Below are positions 9,893 to 19,472 of a DNA stretch of 43,833 nucleotides, in pieces (positions within the stretch are counted from its first letter, which is position 1; the number at the start of each line of letters is the position of its first letter). The position numbers and the translations under genes were made by a program. The notes beneath the pieces were generated by a model that ran no database searches, was not told where the DNA came from, and was given only the letters and a program-made list of their open reading frames with translations. Source of the DNA: a bacterium. GTDB taxonomy: Bacteria; Patescibacteriota; Patescibacteriia; JAZDGP01. Location: positions 1 to 43,833 of the forward strand of contig JAZDGP010000004.1 of assembly GCA_043806935.1 (NCBI GenBank). Reading direction: 5' to 3'.

Positions 9893-10581
9893 ATAGTTTG
9901 GATGTAAAAGACTTACGAGTTGCGGTGAACAACAAGGAAGTGATCCATAATGTCTCTTTAACAGTGGAAGCTGGCACAATCCACGCGCTGGTAGGGCCCA
10001 ATGGATCTGGGAAAAGCTCCTTGGCGTACGCGATAGCCGGACATGGAGAGTATATTGTTGCTGGAGGGAATATTTTGTTGGACGGTAATAGTGTTGTTGG
10101 CTTAACTCCTGAAGCAAGGGCCAAGCAAGGGTTGTTTCTATCGTTCCAAGAGCCTCCTGTGGTGGGCGGAGTGGCCTTGCGTAGTTTTTTAAGGACAATT
10201 GGCAGCAACGTAGAGGATGCTTTGCCTAAACTCAAACTGGAAGATTCTTTTTTGTCCAGATATCTTAATGATGGATTTTCCGGAGGAGAGAAGAAGAAGA
10301 GCGAAGTGCTGCAGCTGTTAGCTAGAAAGCCAAAAATCGCTATTTTAGATGAATTGGACACTGGCTTGGATACGGACGCTTTCCAAGGAGTAATTGGTTT
10401 ATTGAAAACAATCGTTCAGGCTGGCACGGGACTGTTGGTGATCAGCCACTCAACAAGATTGTTTAAGGAATTAGTTCCTGACCAGGTACATGTGCTGGTG
10501 GATGGAAGAATTGTGAGAGAAGGAAACGCAGAGATTTTAGAAGCGATCGCTAAGAACGGCTATGGCCAATTCCAAGAGTGA
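9889..10581 (+). CDS. sufC: Fe-S assembly ATPase SufC
   Basis: GPNGSGKS, GFSGGEKK, ILDELDTGLD; operon context. Confidence 0.93.
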   Translation: MNSLDVKDLRVAVNNKEVIHNVSLTVEAGTIHALVGPNGSGKSSLAYAIAGHGEYIVAGGNILLDGNSVVGLTPEARAKQGLFLSFQEPPVVGGVALRSFLRTIGSNVEDALPKLKLEDSFLSRYLNDGFSGGEKKKSEVLQLLARKPKIAILDELDTGLDTDAFQGVIGLLKTIVQAGTGLLVISHSTRLFKELVPDQVHVLVDGRIVREGNAEILEAIAKNGYGQFQE

Positions 10582-11965
10582 TATTAATGTACAGGAGTAC
10601 CAGTACGGTTTTTCTGATAACCGCCAGCCTGTCTACCAGATGAAACCTGGATTGTCTAAAGAGTTGGTGGAAGAGCTGTCCGCTTTAAAGCAAGAGCCTA
10701 AGTGGATGAAAGATTACAGGCTGCGAGCTTTGGAGTATTTTTACGCCAGCCCCTTGCCTCATTGGGGGCCTGATTTATCTAGCCTTGATTTTAATAAAAT
10801 CGTTTATTATTCCAAACCAGCTGATAACCAAGCTAGGAGCTGGGACGATGTGCCTAAAGACATTAAGAACACTTTTGACAGGATTGGTGTGCCTCAAGCG
10901 GAGCGGAAGTTCTTTGCTGGAGCTTCCGCTCAATATGATTCAGACGTTGTGTACCATGGAATGAAAGAACATCTGAATAAACAAGGAGTGATATTCTGCG
11001 ACATGGATACTGCTGTGAGGGAATATCCTGATTTAGTAAAGAAGTATTTCAGCAAAATCATCCCCTTAGCTGATAACAAATTCGCGAGCCTTAATTCAGC
11101 GGTCTGGTCAGGAGGGTCTTTTATTTATGTTCCAAAGGGAGTTAAGGTAGACATGCCTTTGCAAGCTTACTTCAGGATTAACAGCAAGAACTTCGGGCAG
11201 TTTGAAAGGACGCTTATCATCGCGGACGAGGGAAGCGACGTACAGTATCTGGAAGGCTGTACTGCTCCTGTATACACGGATGATTCTCTACACGCGGCAG
11301 TGGTGGAGATTATAGCGCTGCCGTATTCCCATGTCCGCTACACCACTGTCCAGAACTGGTCGCGTAACGTCTATAACTTGGTAACCAAGAGAGCTAAGGG
11401 AATGGAAGGATCTTTTGTGGAATGGATTGACTGCAATTTGGGATCTAAGGCCACCATGAAGTATCCAGCAGTGATTCTAGCTGGCAGAGGAGCGAGAGCT
11501 GACACGTTATCCATGTCAATGGCTGGGCCTGGGCAATACCAGGACACTGGAGCCAAGATGATACATATCGCTCCCAATACTTATTCCAACGTGGTGTCCA
11601 AGTCAGTGGCTGTAGGTGGAGGAAAGGCTGCTTATCGTGGACTGTCACAGGCAGTGAAAGGAGCTAAGAACAGCAGGCTGTCTGTACGTTGCGACGCTTT
11701 GCTTGTTGATCCTCTCTCCCAATCCAATACTTACCCGACTATGAAAGTTGGCGAACAAGACGTGAGAGTGGAGCATGAAGCAAAAGTCTCTCAATTGGGG
11801 GAAAAGGAATTGTTTTATTTAAGAACCAGAGGATTGTCTGAACTGGAAGCTTCCTCTTTAATCGTTTCAGGCTTCTTTGCCCCTTTAAGCAAATATCTGC
11901 CAGTGGATTACGGAGTGGAACTCAACCGTCTGATCCAGCTGGAAATGGAAGGAGCAGTTGGATGA
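10562..11965 (+). CDS. sufB: Fe-S assembly protein SufB
   Basis: GQFERTLII, YLEGCTAP, LHAAVVEI, EHEA. Confidence 0.96.
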   Translation: MANSKSDINVQEYQYGFSDNRQPVYQMKPGLSKELVEELSALKQEPKWMKDYRLRALEYFYASPLPHWGPDLSSLDFNKIVYYSKPADNQARSWDDVPKDIKNTFDRIGVPQAERKFFAGASAQYDSDVVYHGMKEHLNKQGVIFCDMDTAVREYPDLVKKYFSKIIPLADNKFASLNSAVWSGGSFIYVPKGVKVDMPLQAYFRINSKNFGQFERTLIIADEGSDVQYLEGCTAPVYTDDSLHAAVVEIIALPYSHVRYTTVQNWSRNVYNLVTKRAKGMEGSFVEWIDCNLGSKATMKYPAVILAGRGARADTLSMSMAGPGQYQDTGAKMIHIAPNTYSNVVSKSVAVGGGKAAYRGLSQAVKGAKNSRLSVRCDALLVDPLSQSNTYPTMKVGEQDVRVEHEAKVSQLGEKELFYLRTRGLSELEASSLIVSGFFAPLSKYLPVDYGVELNRLIQLEMEGAVG

Positions 11966-12555
11966 TTATTTACTCCAAAGACATGGGAGAGCAATGGGAG
12001 GAAGAACTGATAGTTGATAAAGAAGGAGAGATAAGGAAAATATGGATTGTCTGCGATGATAAAATTCCCAAGACAATGAAGCTTACGGTCAGGCTGGTTG
12101 GAAGGAAGAGCAGAGCGGAGATTGTTATGCCAATGGTGATTAAGGAAGATAAGCAATTAACAGCGTTAATTACAGTTATGCATGAAGCGCCTGAAACGTA
12201 CGCTAGGGTGGCTGTGAAAGCGGCAATATATGCTAAAGGTAGCTTGTCATTAGACGGCAGGTTGGTGATTAGGAAAGAAGCTAAAGGCGGAGATTCCTAT
12301 TTGTTGGCAAAAGCTTTATTGCTTTCTGCTGACGCAATGGCTGAACTAAAGCCGTATTTGGAGATCGCCACTGATGATGTTAAAGCTTCACATGGAGCGA
12401 GCGTCGGCAGATTGGATGAGGAGCAGTTGTTCTACCTGCGGTCACGGGGGTTGGAAAAAGAGGAAGCTGAGCGGATTCTTTTGGCTGGTTTTTTTAAAAA
12501 GGAAGTAGAAGAATTGCCTATTAACATGAAACAAAAATTTTTCCAATATGTTTAA
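11962..12555 (+). CDS. sufD: SufD-like protein (short)
   Basis: PYLEIATDDVKASHGASVG, LFYLRSRG. Confidence 0.88.
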   Translation: MIIYSKDMGEQWEEELIVDKEGEIRKIWIVCDDKIPKTMKLTVRLVGRKSRAEIVMPMVIKEDKQLTALITVMHEAPETYARVAVKAAIYAKGSLSLDGRLVIRKEAKGGDSYLLAKALLLSADAMAELKPYLEIATDDVKASHGASVGRLDEEQLFYLRSRGLEKEEAERILLAGFFKKEVEELPINMKQKFFQYV

Positions 12556-13747
12556 AAAAGATTTTCCGATATTCGCCAATCATCCGGAGTTAGCTTATCT
12601 GGATTCAGCGGCTACGGCTCAAATGCCAAAAGTCGTCATTGACGCTGTTACTGATTTTAATTTAAAAACAAGGGCTAATGTACATAGGGGGATTTATAAG
12701 TTATCAGAAGAAGCAACAGCTTTGTATGAAGGAGCGAGGGAAACGGTAAGGGAGTTTATTAACGCAAGAGACGCTAGGGAGATTATATTCACTAAGAACA
12801 CGACAGATAGTATTAATTTAGTCGCTCATTCATTGGCAAGTACAATCTTGAAGCCAGGAGATCATGTGTTGGTGTCAATCGCGGAGCATCATTCCAACTT
12901 TCTGCCTTGGCAGAGCTTGCTGAAGCAAGGCATTGTTTTTGATGTCGTTGATGTTGACAACAATGGATTGCTGCCAGCAATAGCGGTTGAGCAATCGTTA
13001 ACTCCACAAACTAGGTTAGTAGCCATAAGCCATGTTTCTAACGCTTTGGGTGTTATTCAGCCAATAGAGGAGATTGGAAAGATGCTGAAAGAGAAAGGGA
13101 TTATGTTTTTGGTGGATTCCGCGCAGAGCGTCGCTCATCTGCCTGGTGGTGTCCAAGCTATTCCTTGTGATTTCTTGGCTTTTTCAGGGCATAAAATGGG
13201 AGGGCCAATGGGAATTGGAGCGCTGTATGGGAGAAAAGAACTATTGGAACAGATGGAGCCTGTAACTTTAGGAGGTGGGATGATCACGTCAGTTACTAAA
13301 AAGGAAGCGATTTGGCAGGAGATACCTTGGAAGTTTGAGGCTGGTACTCCTAACGTGGAAGGAGCGATCGGGTTGGCAGCGGCGATTGGATACATTAATG
13401 GCATTGGATATGAGAAGATAAGAAAACTAGACGAGGAGTTGGTGAGAGCTGTAATTACAGCTTTGGAGAATATTCCAGGAGTGATAGTGTACGGCCCAAA
13501 AGACATTGTTAAGAGGAGCGGGATAGTCAGTTTTAACGTGGAAGGAATTCATCCGCATGACTTGGCCAGCATTGTGGACAGGGAAGGGATTGCTATTAGA
13601 GCGGGACATCATTGCGCCATGCCTTTGATGAAACGGTTGGGAGTAAACGCCACAGTTAGAGCGAGTTTTTGGGTGTATAACGAGGTGAGTGAAGTAGAAC
13701 GGCTGGCTGTTGGAATTAGGAAAGCGATTAAGCTGTTACGCCCATGA
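12548..13747 (+). CDS. sufS: group II cysteine desulfurase SufS
   Basis: YLDSAAT, ANVHRG, SGHKM, RAGHHCA. Confidence 0.95.
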   Translation: MFKKDFPIFANHPELAYLDSAATAQMPKVVIDAVTDFNLKTRANVHRGIYKLSEEATALYEGARETVREFINARDAREIIFTKNTTDSINLVAHSLASTILKPGDHVLVSIAEHHSNFLPWQSLLKQGIVFDVVDVDNNGLLPAIAVEQSLTPQTRLVAISHVSNALGVIQPIEEIGKMLKEKGIMFLVDSAQSVAHLPGGVQAIPCDFLAFSGHKMGGPMGIGALYGRKELLEQMEPVTLGGGMITSVTKKEAIWQEIPWKFEAGTPNVEGAIGLAAAIGYINGIGYEKIRKLDEELVRAVITALENIPGVIVYGPKDIVKRSGIVSFNVEGIHPHDLASIVDREGIAIRAGHHCAMPLMKRLGVNATVRASFWVYNEVSEVERLAVGIRKAIKLLRP

Positions 13748-14106
13748 TAGATGAGCTGTATCAGGAGAAACTGTTGGAGCATTACCGCCATCCATCGCAT
13801 TACGGCTTAAAAGATAATTGCGGTATTGATGTAAAAGGGGATAATCCGTTGTGCGGCGATAATATTGTCATGAGAGTGAAGTTAGAGAATGGAATTGTCA
13901 GTGATGTTTGTTTTGATAGCAATGGCTGCGTTGTGAGTAGAGCGTCTGCTTCCATAATGTCCGAATATGTTATAGGAAAGACAAAGGAAGAGGTGAATAA
14001 ATTGACTGTGGCTGAAGTGTTGGCGATTATTGGAGTGCCGATAAGCCAGGCGAGAGTCAAGTGCGCTTTGTTGTTCATTGAGATTTTAAAGAAAGCCATC
14101 AATTAA
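13744..14106 (+). CDS. sufU: SufU scaffold/sulfur transfer protein
   Basis: NPLCGD, GC..S.AS, RVKCALL. Confidence 0.92.
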   Translation: MIDELYQEKLLEHYRHPSHYGLKDNCGIDVKGDNPLCGDNIVMRVKLENGIVSDVCFDSNGCVVSRASASIMSEYVIGKTKEEVNKLTVAEVLAIIGVPISQARVKCALLFIEILKKAIN

Positions 14107-14251
14107 TTACGTCTAAGCGGATTAACAGCTTAAGTGTCTTTTGGTAGAAACTGGAAACAATGGAAGCATGCGTCGCTCTTGCGGAGAGCAGGTGAAGAAC
14201 AGTGTTTTCTCTAAGAAATAAATAGAGTTTAAGGAGATGAAAAATTGTCAG

Positions 14252-14260
14252 TTATCCACA
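14252..14260 (+). promoter_or_regulatory. DnaA box
   Basis: perfect TTATCCACA 62 nt upstream of the nrdJ start. Confidence 0.6.
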
Positions 14261-14302
14261 GCTGGATAGCTACCATCCCTAGTGGTATACTAACCCAGTT
14301 AA

Positions 14303-14318
14303 CTACTACATATAGTAT
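14303..14318 (+). promoter_or_regulatory. NrdR box (weaker second box at 14270-14285)
   Basis: ctaCtAcATaTaGtat fits acaCwAtATaTwGtgt directly before the RNR start. Confidence 0.65.
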
Positions 14319-14321
14319 TCT

Positions 14322-17300
14322 ATGCCAACAACAGACCAAACAGTGGCGGACGATTCCGCCTCCAAATCTTCCACCGCGTTTACTGGTAAGATAAACCTTA
14401 TTTCCAAGCAGTCTGGAATGGCCTCTTTGGCTGATGTATTGGCGGAAACGTACAACAAAGCTACCGCGAGCACTATTAAGTACGTGCTGGAACCCAATGG
14501 TTCTTTGCGTTCTTTTGACCAGGAACGCATTTTTGATTCTTTAATAGTTGCCATGGAGCTGTCTGATAGCGTGGATCGGCATTTGGCCCAGAATCTGGCC
14601 AACCAGGTGGTATTACGTTTGGTTGACGAGTTTGACGGCAAGGTAGTGCCTAGATTGTCTGATATCAAAGATCGGGTTAATTTAGTGCTGTTGGACAATA
14701 ATTTGCTTGATTTAGCCAGAGCGTATATTGCCAGCCAGGGCAATGATATTCTGCCAAAGGATTTAGACCCTCATTATAATCCTAAAGGGCTTACAGTGAA
14801 GCGTTTCTTTACTGTTGAAGGAATCCATCCGTATGGCCAGATTGAATGGGAACAGCGGTCAGCTGTTATTACTAACGAAAAGGGAGAAAAAGTGTTCTCA
14901 CAGGAGGACGTGGAAGCGCCTAAGAGCTGGTCGCAGTCAGCGGTTAACATCGTGGTTTCTAAGTATTTTAGAGGAAAGATTGGAACTCCAGGAAGAGAAA
15001 CTTCAATTAAGCAGATGATAGATCGCGTGGCAAAGACCATTAGCGCTTGGGGCAGGAATGGCGGTTATTTTGCTTCCGCTGAAGACGCTTCTGTATTTGA
15101 AGATGAATTGACGTTCTTGTTGGTGAATCAGTACGCGGCGTTTAACAGTCCTGTTTGGTTTAACGTGGGAGTGGAAGTTAAACCGCAGTGTTCGGCGTGT
15201 TTTATCAACAAGGTGGATGACAATATGCGGTCAATACTGAACTTGGCGGTAACAGAAGGGATGCTGTTTAAAGGCGGATCAGGATCAGGGGCTAATTTAT
15301 CTTGCCTAAGGTCTTCCAAAGAGCACCTTAGGGGCAGTTCAGGAAAGTCATCAGGACCAGTGTCATTCATGAAAGGGCTGGATGCGTTTGCCGGGGTGAT
15401 CAAATCAGGAGGCAAGACAAGGCGTGCCGCTAAGATGGTGATTTTAAACATTGACCACCCTGATATTTTAGAATTCATTGACTGCAAAGCGCATGAGGAG
15501 AAAAAAGCTTGGGCTTTGATGGACGCTGGCTATGGCGGTGGGTTTAATGGCGAGGCGTACAGTTCCATATTCTTCCAGAACGCCAATAATTCAGTGAGAG
15601 TGACGGATGAGTACATGAAAGCTGTTGAAGAGGATAAGGAATGGAAAACAAAAGCAGTTACTACGGGAGACGTTGTTGACGCTTATAACGCGAAAGAGAT
15701 CATGAATAGAATAGCGGAAGCGGCTTGGCTGTGCGGTGATCCAGGACTTCAGTACGATACTGCCATTAACGATTGGCATACCTGCCCTAACAGCGGTAGG
15801 ATCAACGGATCTAATCCATGCTCTGAATATATGTTCTTGGATGACACTGCTTGCAATTTAGCTTCTTTGAACTTGATGAAGTTTAGAAAAACAGACGGTT
15901 CTTTTGACGTGGAAGCGTTTAAGATAGGAGTGGAAGTTATGATTACCGCTCAGGAGATCACAGTGGATTATTCCAGTTATCCAACTGACGATATTTCCCG
16001 CAATAGCCATTTGTTCCGCCCATTAGGCATGGGTTACGCCAATTTAGGAGCTTTGCTTATGGCCAGAGGCATTCCTTATGACAGTGAAGCTGGCAGGAAC
16101 ATGGCCTCGGTTATTACCAGCTTGATGACAGGCCACGCGTATTACCAATCAGCTAAGATGGCTAAAGGCTTGGGAACGTTTAGAGAGTATATAAAGAACA
16201 GGGACGCCATGATCAGGGTGATCAACAAGCATAGGAACGCCAGCTACCAGGTAAAGAGCGATGGCGTGGCTAAAGATTTGCTGACTGCGAGCCGAGAGGC
16301 GTGGGATAATGCTTTGAATTTAGGCACGGAAGCGGGGTACAAAAATTCCCAGGTTTCATTGTTAGCTCCTACCGGCACCATTGGCTTTTTAATGGATTGC
16401 GACACCACTGGCGTGGAGCCTGATATCGCGTTGGTTAAGTACAAGTGGCTGGTGGGCGGAGGGCTGATGAAACTGGTCAATACTACTGTGCCTGAAGCGT
16501 TGCAATCTTTGGGGTATGATGAAAATCAGATCAAAGACATTTTATCTTACATTAACCAGCACGACACCATTGAAGGAGCTCCTAATTTGAGAGCCGAGCA
16601 TCTTCTAGTCTTTGACTGCGCTTTTAAACCACAGCAAGGCAATCGTACCATCCACTACCTTGGCCATATCCGCATGATGGCAGCTGTACAACCATTTTTG
16701 TCAGGAGCGATCTCTAAGACTGTTAACATGCCGCAGAACAGCACGCTTCAAGACATTATTGACGCTTACATGCTTGGCTGGAGGTCTGGGCTTAAAGCAT
16801 TGGCAGTGTATAGGGATGGGTCCAAACGGTTGCAGCCGCTCACTACTGGCAAGAGTTCTGACGCGTCAGGCAAGAGCGAAACGAAACTGGAAATGAAGGC
16901 TGAAGCGATTGTACCTGTCGCTCAGCCAGTGCGGAGGAGATTGCCAGCGGAGCGCCAGTCATTGACGCATAAGTTTTCCATTGCTGGCCATGACGGTTAT
17001 CTTACAGTAGGCATGTATGATGATGGCAAACCAGGGGAGATATTTGTCCGAATGTCCAAGGCAGGGAGCGTCATCTCTGGACTCATGGAATCCTTTGCCA
17101 TTGCAGTGTCATTGGCTTTGCAGTACGGCGTTCCCTTGAAGGTATTAGTCAATAAGTTCTCTCACGTCCGTTTTGAACCTTCCGGCTACACCACTAACCC
17201 GCAGATCAGGATCGCCAAGTCAATCGTGGATTATATCTTTAGGTGGCTGGCCAGCAAGTTTTTGCCAAAGGAAGATCAGGTGATAGTAGGCGTGCAGATC

Positions 17301-17504
17301 AAAGAGCTGGAGGAAGACACGCCAGCAGTGTCCGCTACCTTGGAGCTTGCAATGGAAGAAGCTAGGGCTAATGACAGCCAGATGAAGATAGTTTTTGACA
17401 ACCAAGCTGACGCTCCTGTTTGCGACACCTGCGGGTCAATCATGGTGAGGAACGCTTCTTGCTATAAGTGCTTGAATTGCGGATCCACTAGCGGTTGTTC
17501 TTAG
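14322..17504 (+). CDS. nrdJ: class II (AdoCbl-dependent) ribonucleotide reductase with ATP-cone-like N-terminus and TSCPD/Zn-ribbon C-terminus
   Basis: FNSPVWFN, QCSACFI, NPCSE, APTGT, YRDGSK, C-terminal CDTCG..CLNCG. Confidence 0.95.
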   Translation: MPTTDQTVADDSASKSSTAFTGKINLISKQSGMASLADVLAETYNKATASTIKYVLEPNGSLRSFDQERIFDSLIVAMELSDSVDRHLAQNLANQVVLRLVDEFDGKVVPRLSDIKDRVNLVLLDNNLLDLARAYIASQGNDILPKDLDPHYNPKGLTVKRFFTVEGIHPYGQIEWEQRSAVITNEKGEKVFSQEDVEAPKSWSQSAVNIVVSKYFRGKIGTPGRETSIKQMIDRVAKTISAWGRNGGYFASAEDASVFEDELTFLLVNQYAAFNSPVWFNVGVEVKPQCSACFINKVDDNMRSILNLAVTEGMLFKGGSGSGANLSCLRSSKEHLRGSSGKSSGPVSFMKGLDAFAGVIKSGGKTRRAAKMVILNIDHPDILEFIDCKAHEEKKAWALMDAGYGGGFNGEAYSSIFFQNANNSVRVTDEYMKAVEEDKEWKTKAVTTGDVVDAYNAKEIMNRIAEAAWLCGDPGLQYDTAINDWHTCPNSGRINGSNPCSEYMFLDDTACNLASLNLMKFRKTDGSFDVEAFKIGVEVMITAQEITVDYSSYPTDDISRNSHLFRPLGMGYANLGALLMARGIPYDSEAGRNMASVITSLMTGHAYYQSAKMAKGLGTFREYIKNRDAMIRVINKHRNASYQVKSDGVAKDLLTASREAWDNALNLGTEAGYKNSQVSLLAPTGTIGFLMDCDTTGVEPDIALVKYKWLVGGGLMKLVNTTVPEALQSLGYDENQIKDILSYINQHDTIEGAPNLRAEHLLVFDCAFKPQQGNRTIHYLGHIRMMAAVQPFLSGAISKTVNMPQNSTLQDIIDAYMLGWRSGLKALAVYRDGSKRLQPLTTGKSSDASGKSETKLEMKAEAIVPVAQPVRRRLPAERQSLTHKFSIAGHDGYLTVGMYDDGKPGEIFVRMSKAGSVISGLMESFAIAVSLALQYGVPLKVLVNKFSHVRFEPSGYTTNPQIRIAKSIVDYIFRWLASKFLPKEDQVIVGVQIKELEEDTPAVSATLELAMEEARANDSQMKIVFDNQADAPVCDTCGSIMVRNASCYKCLNCGSTSGCS

Positions 17505-17571
17505 AATTAGTTAAGCTAGCAATAGCGCCAGTGATGGCATCCATGCTTGGCCACCACTGGCGCTGTCTATT

Positions 17572-18114
17572 ATGACTAAGGGAATGATCCAAACGTACAC
17601 AGGAGAGGGCAAGGGCAAGACAACAGCCGCTTTAGGGCTGGTTATTAGGGCGTTGGGCAATGGTTTACGGGTAGGAATAGTTTATTTTGATAAGGGAGGT
17701 GAGTTTTATAATGAACGGAAGCTGTTGAATAAATTGATTGAGATTGGTTTGCCATTGCTATATGAAGCAACTGGCCTTCTTCGTTTTGATCCCGCGGCCA
17801 AGACCTTTAGGTTTGGAGTGAATGATGGCGATAAGAAAGAAGCGGAGCGAGGGTTAGTATTAGCCAAACAATTATCTAGTTGTGTTGATTTACTGATCTT
17901 AGACGAGCTTAATTCTACTGTGTCGTTGGGCATGCTGGTCGTGGAATCAGTGGTTGTTTTCTTAAAAGACAAGCCAGAGGGTTTGGAAGTTGTTTTAACT
18001 GGCAGGCAGGCGCCCAAAGAAATTATAGAATTAGCTGATCTGGTTACAGAAATGAAGATGGTGAAACATTATTACAAGCAGGGGGTGGAAGCTAGAGAAG
18101 GGATAGAGTATTGA
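17572..18114 (+). CDS. cobO: cob(I)alamin adenosyltransferase CobA/CobO/BtuR
   Basis: YTGEGKGKTTAALG, LILDE, EVVLTGR, ADLVTEM, GIEY. Confidence 0.93.
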   Translation: MTKGMIQTYTGEGKGKTTAALGLVIRALGNGLRVGIVYFDKGGEFYNERKLLNKLIEIGLPLLYEATGLLRFDPAAKTFRFGVNDGDKKEAERGLVLAKQLSSCVDLLILDELNSTVSLGMLVVESVVVFLKDKPEGLEVVLTGRQAPKEIIELADLVTEMKMVKHYYKQGVEAREGIEY

Positions 18115-18156
18115 CATATTTTGTAGATATGCTATAATTATAACAATAAGAACATC
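18106..18156 (+). repeat. 51-bp exact direct repeat copy 1, contains promoter TTGACA-16-(TGc)TATAAT
   Basis: identical to 18893-18943. Confidence 0.95.
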
Positions 18157-18229
18157 AAAATAACTTAAAAATTTCTTTAGATTAAGCCAATTTTGGCGTT
18201 AATTTAAAGGATATTTATTGGAGGATCAA

Positions 18230-18790
18230 ATGAAATCATTATTATTGTATGTAATAACTTTTGTGGTTTTATCTTCAAACGTATTCGCCCAAAACAGCCT
18301 TTTTGTTGAAAGCGAGTATAAGTATTCTGATGATCCGTCTGTAATCACTTACAGATTAGGAGCCAAACACGACTTTAATAGTAAAATCAGCTTCAGTTCT
18401 TTTGGGCTGGTGAACAAGAATTATGCTCAGGCTCATTTCAGCATCAATTACAAAATCACTGATTGGTTAAAGGCAGGAGTTGGCCAGGGAATAGAGCAAT
18501 CAAAAGAATTGTGGAGATTGGCAGCTAATCTGCAAATAATGAATGGGAGTTATAGTTGGGTTACTTTCTATGAACACGGGATGAATGGATATTGGTTTCA
18601 AACGGAATTAAAATATCAATTCAATCCATCTCTAAGTGTTGGGATCTTTGGCAGAAGATTTGTCGGGTTTGGACCAGAGATAGCGATAGCGATTCCGCAA
18701 ACACCTTTTGTTGTATGGACCGTGCCATACGCTTATGATATTGAAAGTAAAAAAAGCGGTGGTTTGATAGTTATTTTGTTACTGTTTTGA
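18230..18790 (+). CDS. secreted beta-barrel-like protein
   Basis: GGAGG SD, signal peptide ending VFA/Q, alternating aromatic/hydrophobic strands, C-terminal Phe. Confidence 0.65.
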   Translation: MKSLLLYVITFVVLSSNVFAQNSLFVESEYKYSDDPSVITYRLGAKHDFNSKISFSSFGLVNKNYAQAHFSINYKITDWLKAGVGQGIEQSKELWRLAANLQIMNGSYSWVTFYEHGMNGYWFQTELKYQFNPSLSVGIFGRRFVGFGPEIAIAIPQTPFVVWTVPYAYDIESKKSGGLIVILLLF

Positions 18791-18796
18791 TTCGTA

Positions 18797-18837
18797 AAGT
18801 CCTGTTTTATTAAAAGTAAAACAGGACTTTTGTTTTT
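18797..18837 (+). terminator. intrinsic terminator
   Basis: AAAGTCCTGTTTTA/TAAAACAGGACTTT stem plus T-tract. Confidence 0.8.
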
Positions 18838-18892
18838 ATAATGCTATTTCCACAAATCTTATAAAAGCCATCCTTTGCCATGATTATTTATT

Positions 18893-18943
18893 GAGTATTG
18901 ACATATTTTGTAGATATGCTATAATTATAACAATAAGAACATC
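18893..18943 (+). repeat. 51-bp exact direct repeat copy 2 (promoter), followed by a tandem extra TAAGAACATC
   Basis: identical to 18106-18156. Confidence 0.95.
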
Positions 18944-19022
18944 TAAGAACATCCCTAAAATCAGCTGAATAAATCATCCAAATAATTGATTTATTCAGCG
19001 ATTTAAAATAAAGGAGAACACA

Positions 19023-19352
19023 ATGAAATATTTTAACACGACTCTTGGGCTTTCTATGCTTCCGGATGGAAAGTTTTACGTAGTCACTGTTGATGCTGAT
19101 GCCGCAAAATGTTTTTTCTCTTCTAATGATATTCAAAATATCGCTAATCCAACACATGCCAATAGTCTTCAAGCTATTATTCAAAAACTGGGCGTAGATG
19201 TTAGAGACGCCAAGGGTGGTAGAATTAGGTTAAGTTCAGGTGACCAATGTCTAATTGCGGAGATTTCTGGCATTCCTCGTGAAACCCGTGAATTTTCTGA
19301 TACTGAAATTGCCAGTGCGGTATTTAATTTTCGTATAGTCGAAGTATTATAA
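19023..19352 (+). CDS. DUF1874 (STIV B116/YddF/AcrIII-1)-like protein
   Basis: 109 aa; YFNTTLGLSML start, His45, KLGVDV...RIRLSSGDQCLI, PRE...EI, FRIVEV layout. Confidence 0.6.
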   Translation: MKYFNTTLGLSMLPDGKFYVVTVDADAAKCFFSSNDIQNIANPTHANSLQAIIQKLGVDVRDAKGGRIRLSSGDQCLIAEISGIPRETREFSDTEIASAVFNFRIVEVL

Positions 19353-19371
19353 CGTTTTTATTTGAAGTTGT

Positions 19372-19407
19372 ACCCCCTAGTATTATCTTAGGGGGTTTTG
19401 TATTTTT
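19372..19407 (+). terminator. intrinsic terminator
   Basis: ACCCCCTA/TAGGGGGT stem plus T-tract. Confidence 0.75.
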
Positions 19408-19472
19408 GGAGTTCTCTTTGTAAATTAGTTAGTTCCTTGTTTTTTACAGTCAGTGATGTTTTAATACCTAAC

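Noticed and set aside
14107-14320. Cobalamin riboswitch upstream of nrdJ
   Set aside because: No B12-box or GGGAA...GCCCCCGC-type motifs found
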